Below are positions 10,679 through 20,957 of a stretch of DNA of 64,000 nucleotides, piece after piece. Position 1 is the stretch's first letter. The number at the start of each line of letters is the position of its first letter. Below the pieces are notes generated by a model that saw only the letters and a program-made list of their open reading frames with translations, searched no databases and was not told where the DNA came from. The DNA is from a virus, in IMG/VR virus record IMGVR_UViG_3300030104_006883, positions 121,928 through 185,927 of that record, one strand, 5' to 3'. A program made the position numbers and the translations under genes.

Positions 10679-11530
10679 ATGGCAGCAGGAGACAGCCTAC
10701 AATGGTTCGATAAGGGAGCCGATGCTAGTGATAATTTAGGTAACAAAGGACAATTTATAGAGTTTTATCAAGTTCCTAGTATGGAGGCTGTACGCTTTAA
10801 GGCCTTTGTAACCCAATATGAAGATGCATATAACAGCACCTGGCAGAGGACTCCTGTCTTTGGCAAGATGGACCCAATACATACGTTTCAGCACACACAG
10901 AGGGTGATAAACCTTTCGTGGGAGGTACTTGCGGGTTCCCTTGAAGAGGCAGTAGAGAACCAGAGAAAACTGTCTATGCTCGTACAAATGTTATACCCAT
11001 CATATGAGGGTTCAGAGAACGGGGGGAAAAGAGTAAAAACAGCCCCTATATTTAAAGTAAAATTTATGAACTTGATAACTGACTCTTCGGTATCCTCGGA
11101 ATCATCTATGGCAGAGACAAGTGGCCTTGTATGTACGATTGATGGTTTTAGACACTCTCCCGTAATGGAGAGCGGACACTTTGTATCAAATGGTGGCTTG
11201 TTTCCAAAAAATTTCCAACTACAATGCAGCATGCATGTCCTACATACTCATGAGCTTGGATGGAATGGAGCAGGAGACTTTGAAGAAACAAATTTCCCAT
11301 ATGGCTCCGATGATAGAGCTTTGGCGGTGGGCTCGGTGGCACAAGGAGATGAGGTTGTACGTAACGAGGACGGCACTTTTGAAGCGAAAATATCATCTTT
11401 GCCAAAATCGATTAGAAGAGGACAAGGAACTAATAATCGGTTCTTAAAGCCATCAGCATGGGAAGAGATGCAAGGATTACCGGCAGAGGTGCCGGTTAGT
11501 GATTTTAGTCCGTCTAAACAGAAGAAATAA
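10679..11530 (+). CDS. Baseplate/tail tube initiator protein
   Basis: Follows tape measure; 'FKAFVTQYED..GKMDPI.TFQ.TQR.I.L.W' pattern. Confidence 0.55.
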   Translation: MAAGDSLQWFDKGADASDNLGNKGQFIEFYQVPSMEAVRFKAFVTQYEDAYNSTWQRTPVFGKMDPIHTFQHTQRVINLSWEVLAGSLEEAVENQRKLSMLVQMLYPSYEGSENGGKRVKTAPIFKVKFMNLITDSSVSSESSMAETSGLVCTIDGFRHSPVMESGHFVSNGGLFPKNFQLQCSMHVLHTHELGWNGAGDFEETNFPYGSDDRALAVGSVAQGDEVVRNEDGTFEAKISSLPKSIRRGQGTNNRFLKPSAWEEMQGLPAEVPVSDFSPSKQKK

Positions 11531-11543
11531 GGTGTGTTAAAAA

Positions 11544-11882
11544 ATGGGCGTAAGATACGATAATAGAGCAACTATAAAAATATTAAAAGATTACTATAAG
11601 TCTGCTTTGCAAAGGAGAAATCTTAAAGATTTAACAATCTTTAAGACGCCTGTATTAAATTATCCAACTGCTGAGCAGGCCGACCATTTAAACTTGATAA
11701 GACACACTTGGTCAACTGGAGACAGGTTTTATAAACTGGCCTACAAGCACTATGGCGACCAAGAGCTTTGGTGGGTAATTGCGTTTTTTAATCAAAAGCC
11801 TACCGAGTCCCATTTAAGCTTGGGAGACACTGTTTTGGTGCCTCTTAACTTAGAACTAATGCTAGAAATATTGGGAGTATAA
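11544..11882 (+). CDS. LysM-like baseplate wedge protein (gp53-like)
   Basis: GDRFYKLAYKHYGDQELWWVIAFFN motif. Confidence 0.8.
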   Translation: MGVRYDNRATIKILKDYYKSALQRRNLKDLTIFKTPVLNYPTAEQADHLNLIRHTWSTGDRFYKLAYKHYGDQELWWVIAFFNQKPTESHLSLGDTVLVPLNLELMLEILGV

Positions 11883-11883
11883 C

Positions 11884-14800
11884 ATGGGAGGAAGCGCACC
11901 AGGAGGCCCAGCAAAGCCTATTGTAGATGATCAGCAAGTTCTCGATGCCTTGGCTCAGGTTGGAGTAAAGTATCAAACCAGCAATGTACCTGGGCTAACC
12001 CAAGACCAGAGAAACGAGATCCTTGACAAGGTAAAAAGCTATAAAAAGATAAAAGAAATATTAGAAAGAAGTCTCAATAGAGATGCTGCTCGATTAAGGG
12101 CATTTCTCAAGAACTATTCAGGATTTAGAGGCAGACCAGTTGTCAGTGCCGCGCCAGCACAAGGGTCATACTTCCAAAAGTTTGCTTTATTTTTTACCAC
12201 TTCTGAAGATGAAGATGCTGTAAACCATCTTGATGATGCTAAGCCGACTGTCCGCGCAGGAGGCCCTAAGACTAGCGTCGAATATTTTTTTGAAAAACTT
12301 ACTAACGAGGCTCAATATAGACAGGAACTTATTGATCTAGTTGGCTTTAACCCAATTTACAATAAGAACTCAAATCCTGATGGCTGGATCGGCCCTGAAC
12401 TAATCACAACTCATGATGAAATGGTACGTGCTTTGGGCCAGGTCCACGAAATGGGCGACAACTTTGTCGATAGCAGAGAGAACCCAGATTTTGGAAAAGT
12501 AGAATATTTTAAAATATTAGACAGAGAACTTTTAGTAGGACAAAACAGCGGCGGTGCCAAAACCTATCGATCTGTAATTTTAAACTTTCTTCGGTGGGTA
12601 GAAGGAGAAAACAAAAAACAAGATTCAATCAAAGAAGACATAGAGTCAATCATAGGAATAGAGTCCGGCACTACCAGTGGCCTGGAGCTTAAGGAAACAG
12701 AATCTGAAGAGCAGCCAATTACCGAGGTTGTGGAGAGAGAAAGAAGATTCCAAGATCAATGTTTTTTGACTAGTAATTTTAATAAAATATTTGAAAGTAC
12801 GGGCACGACAAGTTATGAGCATTTTATATCTCTTCAGGGAGAGCCGTTCGTAGCGACCAACAACATGACTTTTCACAAAGGGCAAAAGGCTTTCGCAGAT
12901 CTTACATCGTTAGAAATGTCCATGCTCTTTCCCAAGATCAAGCTTTCTAAAGTTTTCTATACAAAAAAAGACGGGAAATTTCAAACTTTAGCATCAGTTC
13001 CCTTTAAGTTTGGCACTTTTAATGACTTCAAGGACCCCTCGATGCTGACTATGAGCAGGAGAGCCAGGGGAGACGACGCAGGCATAGAGTCGTTTTCTTT
13101 TTCTTTCGAAGGGCAGGATTACGCAACAGCGGACAAGATAATAGTTTGCAATGCGACATATTTTTTCAGGTCTATGTCTGATTTTATATCTGATTTTAAG
13201 CATGGAGATAGAATTTTTAGTTATTCGGATTTAGCGGCATACCCTGCCGGAAGAGAAGAGTTTGCTATTAAAGCAGAAGTTGGATGGCAAACTCCGGACG
13301 ACTTGTCTACGCTCGTTGGTTCTAGTCGGGCAGATAAGATAAAAAAGGCGGCGGCGTCCGCAAAATTAGCTATCTTCTTGGAGGTGACTAGCTTTAATTA
13401 CGAGATTAATGAGGACGGCTCTTTAAAGGTATTTGCAGAGTACATGGGCTGGATAAACAATATGCTGTCTGGCCTTAAATTTGATATATTTTTAAATCCT
13501 GATACCGGCGGTGAAATTGATGATCTAAAGCTCGCTACGGCGGAACACTTGGTCACTATCTTAAAGGACCCGTTTGAGCGTGATAGAAAGTTATCTGACG
13601 TTATAGATAACGTAGCGACAGATGTAAATCTTGGCGTTAGCATTGGTGAAGACCCAAGGAGAGTTTTTGTTAATGATATAGGCAGAGTCGCGCAGAGCAT
13701 TGGTTCTAAACAAGATGTACAAAGCACGCTATTGAAATATGTTGACCAAGGCACCGGGATCGACAAGAATATAACTCTTTCACAATATGTGATTAACACG
13801 TCTCCTAATCCAGATAAAGATGCCAATCCTGCTAAAAGGCAAGAAACGCTACAGAAATTTTTGGATGAATCAAGAAGAAACGTAAAAAAAATACAAGAAG
13901 AGGGACTGCTCATAAACCACGATGGTCTTTTAGAAGAGGTATTTGAAGAAGGTCTTGTTTACAGAGTTGATATTCCAGAGGAATCCCTCTCTGATTACCA
14001 AACTAAAGATTTAAATAAGAGACTGTCTCCTTCGATAAGAAAAACATCACAAATTATGGAAAAAAAGGATGTCTTTACTGTTGAAACGCTAGATACTAGC
14101 GCTCAAGGCAAGATTGGCGAAAACTTAATATCCGCCACAAATCGTGCGTTTAGAAACAGAGCCGCAAGGACGAATGACGCTAGAGACTTTCCGGCAGCGG
14201 GTGGCCCTAATGGACGCTTCTCCGGCAGTGGTGGATATAAAATATATTTTGTAACTTTTGGAAATATTTTAAACACGGTAATGAAGAGAGTGTACAGCCC
14301 AAGAAACAAAGACAAGAATGCGTATATAAAGAAATTTAATATGATTGTTGGTTCTGCTAGCACGGAAACGGGTCCGTTCTCTGTAAGAAAGCCCGCTAAT
14401 AAACACAAAAAAGATAACGCTAAAAAAGCAGAAAAGACAGACGAAGCATCGATCGCTGATATTCCGGTTTCTTTAGATCTTTTTACCTATTGGTATCTTA
14501 CTGAAATTATGGAAAGCGGACACGTTACTTATGATATCGGCAAGTTTGTACAAAATATGCTTGATAAATTGATTCTTCCGGCCCTCGGCGCTGATTGTCA
14601 AGAGGACACGGAGGTTTCGGACCTTTATACTGTAAAGGGACAGGTTTACAACAGCACTGGCAAAATTATGAATAAAGTAGAAGGTAGGGCTTTAGAGAGA
14701 GGAGACAGGCTCGACGGAACCGACATTTTTGCAAAGAACACACGTTCTTATACTCTAAAAAACATTAATTCTTACTACTACATCTACATGGATTCAAGGA

Positions 14801-15249
14801 CAGCGCTGAAAGGCTTTAAGAAATTTGAACAACAAAAAGAGGACGGAAGAATTATGACTCTAGGCACAGGCTACAACAAGGGCTTAACAAGAAGCATTAA
14901 GTTTAAAGGGAACGATATACAATACTTCCAAGAGGCCGCAGATGCAGCGCTTAGGGACAAATCTGGCAATAACCGTGCGAGAAGGATGTTAAAGTTCCAC
15001 AACGCCGATATTGATTTATTTGGAAATACTATTTTTTATCCCGGCATGGTTGTTTATATCGCTCCCAATTTCCCTGGAATTCGAACACCGTTTGGGAACC
15101 CTGTAAGGCCGGTAGTCACGGCTACCAACATCGCCAACAGCCTTGGAATCGGCGGCTATTACGTAATTACGAAAGTTAGAAGCAGTATAGACTCATCCGG
15201 TGGGTTCCAAACTAGTATAGAAGCTAATTATGAAGCGGGGGCACAATAA
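11884..15249 (+). CDS. Large putative baseplate hub/tail protein
   Basis: 1121 aa after LysM gene; C-terminal 'LFGNTIFYPG...LGIGGYYVITKV' pattern like hub proteins. Confidence 0.45.
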   Translation: MGGSAPGGPAKPIVDDQQVLDALAQVGVKYQTSNVPGLTQDQRNEILDKVKSYKKIKEILERSLNRDAARLRAFLKNYSGFRGRPVVSAAPAQGSYFQKFALFFTTSEDEDAVNHLDDAKPTVRAGGPKTSVEYFFEKLTNEAQYRQELIDLVGFNPIYNKNSNPDGWIGPELITTHDEMVRALGQVHEMGDNFVDSRENPDFGKVEYFKILDRELLVGQNSGGAKTYRSVILNFLRWVEGENKKQDSIKEDIESIIGIESGTTSGLELKETESEEQPITEVVERERRFQDQCFLTSNFNKIFESTGTTSYEHFISLQGEPFVATNNMTFHKGQKAFADLTSLEMSMLFPKIKLSKVFYTKKDGKFQTLASVPFKFGTFNDFKDPSMLTMSRRARGDDAGIESFSFSFEGQDYATADKIIVCNATYFFRSMSDFISDFKHGDRIFSYSDLAAYPAGREEFAIKAEVGWQTPDDLSTLVGSSRADKIKKAAASAKLAIFLEVTSFNYEINEDGSLKVFAEYMGWINNMLSGLKFDIFLNPDTGGEIDDLKLATAEHLVTILKDPFERDRKLSDVIDNVATDVNLGVSIGEDPRRVFVNDIGRVAQSIGSKQDVQSTLLKYVDQGTGIDKNITLSQYVINTSPNPDKDANPAKRQETLQKFLDESRRNVKKIQEEGLLINHDGLLEEVFEEGLVYRVDIPEESLSDYQTKDLNKRLSPSIRKTSQIMEKKDVFTVETLDTSAQGKIGENLISATNRAFRNRAARTNDARDFPAAGGPNGRFSGSGGYKIYFVTFGNILNTVMKRVYSPRNKDKNAYIKKFNMIVGSASTETGPFSVRKPANKHKKDNAKKAEKTDEASIADIPVSLDLFTYWYLTEIMESGHVTYDIGKFVQNMLDKLILPALGADCQEDTEVSDLYTVKGQVYNSTGKIMNKVEGRALERGDRLDGTDIFAKNTRSYTLKNINSYYYIYMDSRTALKGFKKFEQQKEDGRIMTLGTGYNKGLTRSIKFKGNDIQYFQEAADAALRDKSGNNRARRMLKFHNADIDLFGNTIFYPGMVVYIAPNFPGIRTPFGNPVRPVVTATNIANSLGIGGYYVITKVRSSIDSSGGFQTSIEANYEAGAQ

Positions 15250-16483
15250 ATTGGTTGATATAACATCGAAACTTTACAGAGGGGGCATGAAAGCAGGGAC
15301 AGCTTTTTTCTCTAGACAGAATGAAGAGTTAGAATATCTTTTTAATCGCAACATCACCAATGTTGGATCTACTAGGGGAGTGATCGGTCTTTACGGACTT
15401 GTAGACATGCAGTTTAATACGGTCAATATGGCGGGAACCTATCAAGACGGTGTAGACAGCGGTCGGCTTATTATAGCAAACACCAGCGCGAGCCCAATCT
15501 TTGTCACTAATTTTGTTCACGATGCTTTTGACGCCATGGCAACTTATTATAATGTTGCCAAGCAACACAATAAAATAAGAGCAAATGCAGGCTTTCTTGT
15601 TGATATGAAAATCAAGAGAGGATATGAGAGCATTAATAACTCTCACGAGGCATATATGCAGACTTATTTCCAAGCTTTCACAGATTATCTAAACTCTAGA
15701 GGGCTGGTGGAAAAGATTAGGAACTTTAAAGAGTTTATGCATCATTTCGAGAATTTTATTTATCAAGTCGTCACAGAGAACCCGGTTACTAGAACCGGAT
15801 TCACAAGAAGCATTTATTCTAATATTTTGAATGGTGGTTTGGCCATTGAAATAGAGAATATTAGTAAGTCTAGAGAAAATCTAAAGGTTACTGATTTTTA
15901 TGAAAATCCAAATTTTGATAATTATTCAAAAATAGCAAATCATTTTGGCTTTGTCGTTGATCGAGACGTTCCTTGGAGGCTACTTGCAAACATATCTTCA
16001 CCGAGAATGCAACTTTTTATGCAACAACACGGAGTGACAAAGATGGGACTGTTTGACCAGTATTATGTTAAAACTTCCACATTAGATGTTGATATTTTAA
16101 TAAAACACGCGGCAACATTTTACAACACATACGTGGCGAGAGAACCTGAGACCACACGCCCTGAATTGGTTTTTAATCAAAATTGTCCAACAAAAGGCTC
16201 CTATCTTGGTTCTATATCCACCGGAACTTTAAAAATTAAAAAATTAGCTAGAACCACTGTTAGCAAGGAAGGCGCTATAGCAGACTACGGCGTAAAGCAC
16301 TGGGTAAAGCTGTACTTCAAGCTGAGATTGGCGGAGGAAAAGATAGATATCTCTACGGCGCAAGCTAACTCTCTGTTACAATCAATTTACTCTCGAAGTA
16401 TAAAAAATAATTCTATTGACTTAGCGCTCGGCGTATTTTATAGTGATTTGGAGATAAAGAGAAGAATTACTGTAGAGTTATAG
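15230..16483 (+). CDS. Hypothetical protein (end of structural module)
   Basis: 417-aa ORF, no recognised motif. Confidence 0.5.
   Translation: MKRGHNKLVDITSKLYRGGMKAGTAFFSRQNEELEYLFNRNITNVGSTRGVIGLYGLVDMQFNTVNMAGTYQDGVDSGRLIIANTSASPIFVTNFVHDAFDAMATYYNVAKQHNKIRANAGFLVDMKIKRGYESINNSHEAYMQTYFQAFTDYLNSRGLVEKIRNFKEFMHHFENFIYQVVTENPVTRTGFTRSIYSNILNGGLAIEIENISKSRENLKVTDFYENPNFDNYSKIANHFGFVVDRDVPWRLLANISSPRMQLFMQQHGVTKMGLFDQYYVKTSTLDVDILIKHAATFYNTYVAREPETTRPELVFNQNCPTKGSYLGSISTGTLKIKKLARTTVSKEGAIADYGVKHWVKLYFKLRLAEEKIDISTAQANSLLQSIYSRSIKNNSIDLALGVFYSDLEIKRRITVEL
16416..16444 (+). promoter_or_regulatory. Sigma70-like promoter opening the replication module
   Basis: TTGACT-N17-TATAGT. Confidence 0.7.
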
Positions 16484-17668
16484 ATGTTATTTCAAACGCT
16501 TGACGATAAAAATCAGTGTGTTGCTGTATATGCAAACGGTGAGCTTGACTTCAATGACATTCCGAAGGGGATGACTAGAACCTGGGGATATGTGCCTTAT
16601 ATTCCTGGTGAGATAGAATATGCAAGCCTATATTGTGTCGGATCTTCTTTAACTGACGTGTGCCCTGTTCACATGAGAGAGGGCTGGGCTAAAATAAATA
16701 AAAAACTTAAGGCCTTCCAAAGGTCTTTTCGGACTGCGAAAGTTGATATGAATGAACTGTGTTTTTTTGACCTAGTTCAAGAGCGGTTTTTACTAGAGTA
16801 TTGCGATATGAAGAATCAGATAACGGAGCACGTTTTAAATACGCACCATAAGCCAGACAATTATGATTTTTTGGTTGAACTCTCTTCTATAATACATGAC
16901 GTAAAATATAGGAAGCTAAACATAGACGTGGGTGGAATTAGAGACATATTTGCAAAGCCCAAAACCAGGAACTTCCTCAAGAAGATTAATTCTTTTAGTC
17001 CATACATATCTTACGATATCGCCGGTACAAGAACCGGACGGCTTACGACTAAGAAAGGATCTTTCCCAATCCTGACTTTGGACAAGGACTTTAGAGCAGT
17101 TATTAAACCAAATAATGATCTTTTTATTGAATTGGACTTCAACGCTGCGGAACTGAGAACAGTTTTAGCACTTTCTGGAGTAGAACAGCCTGACAAAGAT
17201 ATACATGAGTGGATAGGCAACAATATTTTTGCATCCACAGAGGGCAGAGAGGAAATAAAAAAGAAGGTTTTTGCATGGCTGTACAACCCGCTGGCGAAGA
17301 ACGATAAGTTAGAATCCGTTTTTAAGAGAAAGGACATTACGAAAAGCCACTTCAACGGCAAAGAGGTCAAGACGCCCTTTGGAAGGACAATTGAAGTAGA
17401 CGAGCGCCGCGCTTTCAACTACATTGTACAAAGCACGACTAGCGACATGTTTTTGCGCTCGATGATAAAAGTCTTTAATCTGCTAAAAGATCGAAAGTCA
17501 CACATAGCGTTTTCAGTGCACGACTCTCTGGTAATTGATTTTGATATGGAAGATAAGGATTTGCTCAGCGAGATGGTGAATGTTTTTTCTGAGACTGACT
17601 TGGCTAAATTTAAGGTAAACATGAGTATAGGCAAGGACTACGGCTCAATGAGAACAAAGAGGTTATAA
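16484..17668 (+). CDS. Minimal family-A DNA polymerase (polymerase domain only)
   Basis: TGRL, motif A ELDFNAAELR, motif B R...K...F...Y, motif C VHDS; only 394 aa. Confidence 0.8.
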   Translation: MLFQTLDDKNQCVAVYANGELDFNDIPKGMTRTWGYVPYIPGEIEYASLYCVGSSLTDVCPVHMREGWAKINKKLKAFQRSFRTAKVDMNELCFFDLVQERFLLEYCDMKNQITEHVLNTHHKPDNYDFLVELSSIIHDVKYRKLNIDVGGIRDIFAKPKTRNFLKKINSFSPYISYDIAGTRTGRLTTKKGSFPILTLDKDFRAVIKPNNDLFIELDFNAAELRTVLALSGVEQPDKDIHEWIGNNIFASTEGREEIKKKVFAWLYNPLAKNDKLESVFKRKDITKSHFNGKEVKTPFGRTIEVDERRAFNYIVQSTTSDMFLRSMIKVFNLLKDRKSHIAFSVHDSLVIDFDMEDKDLLSEMVNVFSETDLAKFKVNMSIGKDYGSMRTKRL

Positions 17669-18513
17669 TGGAAACTATTATTGGATTAGGAGACGCAGGG
17701 TGCGCTGTCGCCGACTGTTTTAAATCGTATCCGCAATACGAAGTTTATAAAATAAATTCTGAAAAGAAAAAAGAACCTAACTACCTGTATATAACTCCGC
17801 AAAAATCTCACGAAGATTACGAGAACAAAACTAGGCTGAGAAAGGCTTTTTTCGAAAAGATCTCTGGTCCTATTTTACTAATTTTAGGAGGATCGGGAGA
17901 CATATCGGGTGCCTCTCTTAGGATTTTAGAAAAACTAAAAAATAATCCACTTTATGTTCTTTATATTAAGCCCGATGATAGTCTGCTTTCCGATATCAAA
18001 CAGAAGCAGCACAAAGTGGTCTTCAATGTCTTACAGCAGTATGCCAGGTCGGCACTTTTGGAAAAAATGTACATTGTTGAAAACTCTAAGGTTGAGGCGG
18101 CTCTCGGTGAACTGCCGGTTATTGGGTATCATGATAAAATAAACCAAATGGTAGTTTCTACTATGCACATGCTGAATGTTTGTTATAACACAGATGCGGT
18201 TATAAATACTTTCTCTGACCCTCTTGATGTCTGTAGGATATCGACTTTCGGGATAACAGACCCGGAGACGGGGGAGGATAAGCTTTTTTATGATTTAGAA
18301 TATCCTCGCGAGATCTGTCTCTACTACGCTATTAATAAAGAAAAACTAGAGACAGACGGCTCTTTACTGCGTAAAATAACAACGTCTGTTAAAGAAAAAA
18401 ATGGCGAAAAAACCAGAACAGCGTTTGGAATCTATCCTACTGAATACGAAAGAGATTATGCCTATTGCGTCATGCATTCGTCTCATATACAAGAACAAAA
18501 AATTGATTTTTAA
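17668..18513 (+). CDS. Divergent tubulin/FtsZ-family protein
   Basis: N-terminal IIGLGDAG, degenerate signature loop LGGSGDISG, 'IVENSK' and 'KINQ' at expected spacing. Confidence 0.65.
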   Translation: METIIGLGDAGCAVADCFKSYPQYEVYKINSEKKKEPNYLYITPQKSHEDYENKTRLRKAFFEKISGPILLILGGSGDISGASLRILEKLKNNPLYVLYIKPDDSLLSDIKQKQHKVVFNVLQQYARSALLEKMYIVENSKVEAALGELPVIGYHDKINQMVVSTMHMLNVCYNTDAVINTFSDPLDVCRISTFGITDPETGEDKLFYDLEYPREICLYYAINKEKLETDGSLLRKITTSVKEKNGEKTRTAFGIYPTEYERDYAYCVMHSSHIQEQKIDF

Positions 18514-18514
18514 C

Positions 18515-18543
18515 TTTACAAACGTTTTTGTGTGAGTTATAGT
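18515..18543 (+). promoter_or_regulatory. Sigma70-like promoter of SSB gene
   Basis: TTTACA-N17-TATAGT. Confidence 0.7.
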
Positions 18544-18613
18544 TGGCTCACAAATGAGATGGTTGGAAAATTTGCTGACCATACTCTATCCCATTGACTA
18601 AAAGGAGTTTATC

Positions 18614-19366
18614 ATGGGTATTGATATGTCTAAGATGAAAGAGAAGCTAGCGTCCTTGAATCGCAAGGGCAACGAGAAGAATAACTTTTGGCGTCCAAAG
18701 GATGGCGAGCAGACCATTCGCATTGTTCCTACCGCAGACGGAGACCCGTTCAAGGAATTTTGGTTCCATTATAACCTTGGGAACAACACGCCGTTCCTGA
18801 GTCCAAAGAAGAACTTCGGTGATTCTTGTCCTCTCGATGATTTTGTAAGAACTCTTTACAAGCAGGGCGATCCTGATAGCGTAAAGATGGCGAAGAGCCT
18901 TAGTGCACGCCAGCGGTTCTTTGCACCAGTTCTCGTGCGAGGAGAGGAGGAGCAGGGAGTGAGGATGTGGGGTTTCGGTCGTACAGCCTACCAGGAACTT
19001 CTGAACCTTGTCCTAAATCCTGATTACGGGGATATTACGGATGTAGACAGTGGCACGGACCTTGTTATTACTTATGGCAAGCCCGCAGGAGCACAGTTCC
19101 CTCAAACCACCATCACTCCACGTAGGCATACGTCTCCGATGGTGGAGGACAGTGACGAGGCAGGCAAGCTTCTTGAGGCCATTCCGGATATCGATTCGCT
19201 CTTTGAGCGTCCGAGCCCGGAGGATGTCGGCAAGATGCTCCATGACTACATGACCAGTATCGATGAAGAGGTGTCGGATGCGGGCGCGGATAACACGTCC
19301 CAGGCTAGTTTGACGAGCGAAGACAACTCTGTCGATAGTGCTTTTAATGAGTTGATGAACTCTTAA
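18614..19366 (+). CDS. Single-stranded DNA-binding protein (gp32-like)
   Basis: FWRPKDG..IRIVP, CPLDD, acidic C-terminal tail; upstream of RecA. Confidence 0.8.
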   Translation: MGIDMSKMKEKLASLNRKGNEKNNFWRPKDGEQTIRIVPTADGDPFKEFWFHYNLGNNTPFLSPKKNFGDSCPLDDFVRTLYKQGDPDSVKMAKSLSARQRFFAPVLVRGEEEQGVRMWGFGRTAYQELLNLVLNPDYGDITDVDSGTDLVITYGKPAGAQFPQTTITPRRHTSPMVEDSDEAGKLLEAIPDIDSLFERPSPEDVGKMLHDYMTSIDEEVSDAGADNTSQASLTSEDNSVDSAFNELMNS

Positions 19367-19452
19367 GCGCTACCGCGACGTGGGGTGTTTAGTCGGCCCC
19401 CCTCCACTCTACACTCCACGTCGCCTTTTAACACTATAATTAGGATTTTATA

Positions 19453-20577
19453 ATGGCAAGAAGCAGTAAAAAAGCATCCACAAATAATTTAGGTCGGTTA
19501 AGCATGGAAGAGATGCGAAAGATTATTAACCGTAAAGCAGGATATGATTTAGCCTATAATTTAACTGAGGACAATCCAACAGAAGTGAGGGGGTGGATCC
19601 CCACTGGGTCTCGTTGGCTCGATTCTATTATTTGTAAAGGGAAGCTCGCTGGAATACCAATTGGGAAGATAACGGAGATTGCGGGCTTAGAGTCCACAGG
19701 AAAATCCTACCTTGCGGCACAGATTGCCGCAAACGCACAAAAGCAGGACATTGATGTCATTTATTTCGATTCAGAGTCAGCGATCGATCCTGACTTTCTT
19801 GCTAAGGCCGGTTGCGACCTGGATCGCGTTTTGTATATCCAAGCGGAAAGCGTAGAGTTTGTTCTTGAGACAATAGAAGAGTTGCTTGGTAGCAATCAAA
19901 ATAAAATGCTCTTTGTTTGGGACAGCTTGGCTCTGACGCCAGCGATCACTGATATTGAGGGAGACTTTAACCCTCTTTCTTCAATGGCTGTTAAGCCCAG
20001 AATTTTATCCAAGGGCATGGCAAAGTTGACTATTCCTCTGGCCAACGCGGAGGCAACCTTGCTTGTCCTTAACCAGCTAAAGACCAATATTACGTCCAAT
20101 GTCGCGGAGGCGATGACAACGCCTTATTTTACGCCCGGTGGAAAGGCGATGCATTACGCATATGATTTGCGCATTTGGCTTACTGGACGTAAGTCTAAAG
20201 CTTCGTTTGTTAAAGACGAAAATGGCTTTAGAATTGGTTCGGAAGTCAAAGCGAAGCTAGAAAAGTCTAAGTTTGGAACACAGGCGAGGGAGTGCACTTT
20301 CAAGATCTTATGGGGCGATGACGTCAGGGTCCAAGATGAGGAAAGTTGGCTGGAGGCGATAAAGTCTTCTGAGCACTTTACTTCAAGAGGCCCTTGGTAT
20401 GCTATCTCCTATAAAGACGGAACTGAAGAAAAGTTTCAAGGTTCTAGTTGGAGTGAAAAGCTTAAAAATGAAAAATTCAAGGATCGTATTTTAGAGATTA
20501 TGGAAGAAGAGATTATATTTAAGTTTCACAATAGAACCGGGGACGCCTCAGATTTTTATAATGTAGATGCAGAGTAA
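19453..20577 (+). CDS. recA: RecA/UvsX-like recombinase
   Basis: IPTGS..LD, GKITEIAGLESTGKS Walker A, DSESAID, VWDSL, NQL, TPGGKA. Confidence 0.95.
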   Translation: MARSSKKASTNNLGRLSMEEMRKIINRKAGYDLAYNLTEDNPTEVRGWIPTGSRWLDSIICKGKLAGIPIGKITEIAGLESTGKSYLAAQIAANAQKQDIDVIYFDSESAIDPDFLAKAGCDLDRVLYIQAESVEFVLETIEELLGSNQNKMLFVWDSLALTPAITDIEGDFNPLSSMAVKPRILSKGMAKLTIPLANAEATLLVLNQLKTNITSNVAEAMTTPYFTPGGKAMHYAYDLRIWLTGRKSKASFVKDENGFRIGSEVKAKLEKSKFGTQARECTFKILWGDDVRVQDEESWLEAIKSSEHFTSRGPWYAISYKDGTEEKFQGSSWSEKLKNEKFKDRILEIMEEEIIFKFHNRTGDASDFYNVDAE

Positions 20578-20624
20578 TGGGTTCTAAAATAACTTCGAAC
20601 TATTTATACAAAGAGGATAAATAT

Positions 20625-20957
20625 ATGGTTTTAAAGGATAAAATCAAAGAAGTTATTTTAGAGGCATTGCAGCACGATGTTTATAAAGCGGAAGTCTCTG
20701 TAAAATCTGATAAAGAAAGAAATATTACTGAGATTCTTGACGAAATGCGAGCATTATGTGGAGTCACAATTGTTAACTCGTTTCCGTCAAAAAGCCTCAG
20801 CGAAAAATCGGAGCTAACAGTATGCACTATAAAATTCTTTTTAACAAATCCGAGCTTAAAGCTTCACATGAACAAGCTCGCTTTAGCTGCGAAGAAGATA
20901 GATGGCGTTCTGGCGTTCAGGGTGCTAAAAATTGATAAGCTCCAAGAAAAAGATTAA
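20625..20957 (+). CDS. Hypothetical protein with ACTATTTA upstream
   Basis: ATG 20625 with GAGG SD. Confidence 0.55.
   Translation: MVLKDKIKEVILEALQHDVYKAEVSVKSDKERNITEILDEMRALCGVTIVNSFPSKSLSEKSELTVCTIKFFLTNPSLKLHMNKLALAAKKIDGVLAFRVLKIDKLQEKD

Noticed and set aside
17668-18513. Nucleus-forming (chimallin/PhuZ) jumbo phage
   Set aside because: No chimallin or multisubunit RNAP genes visible; tail genes are T4-like and promoters are sigma70-like.
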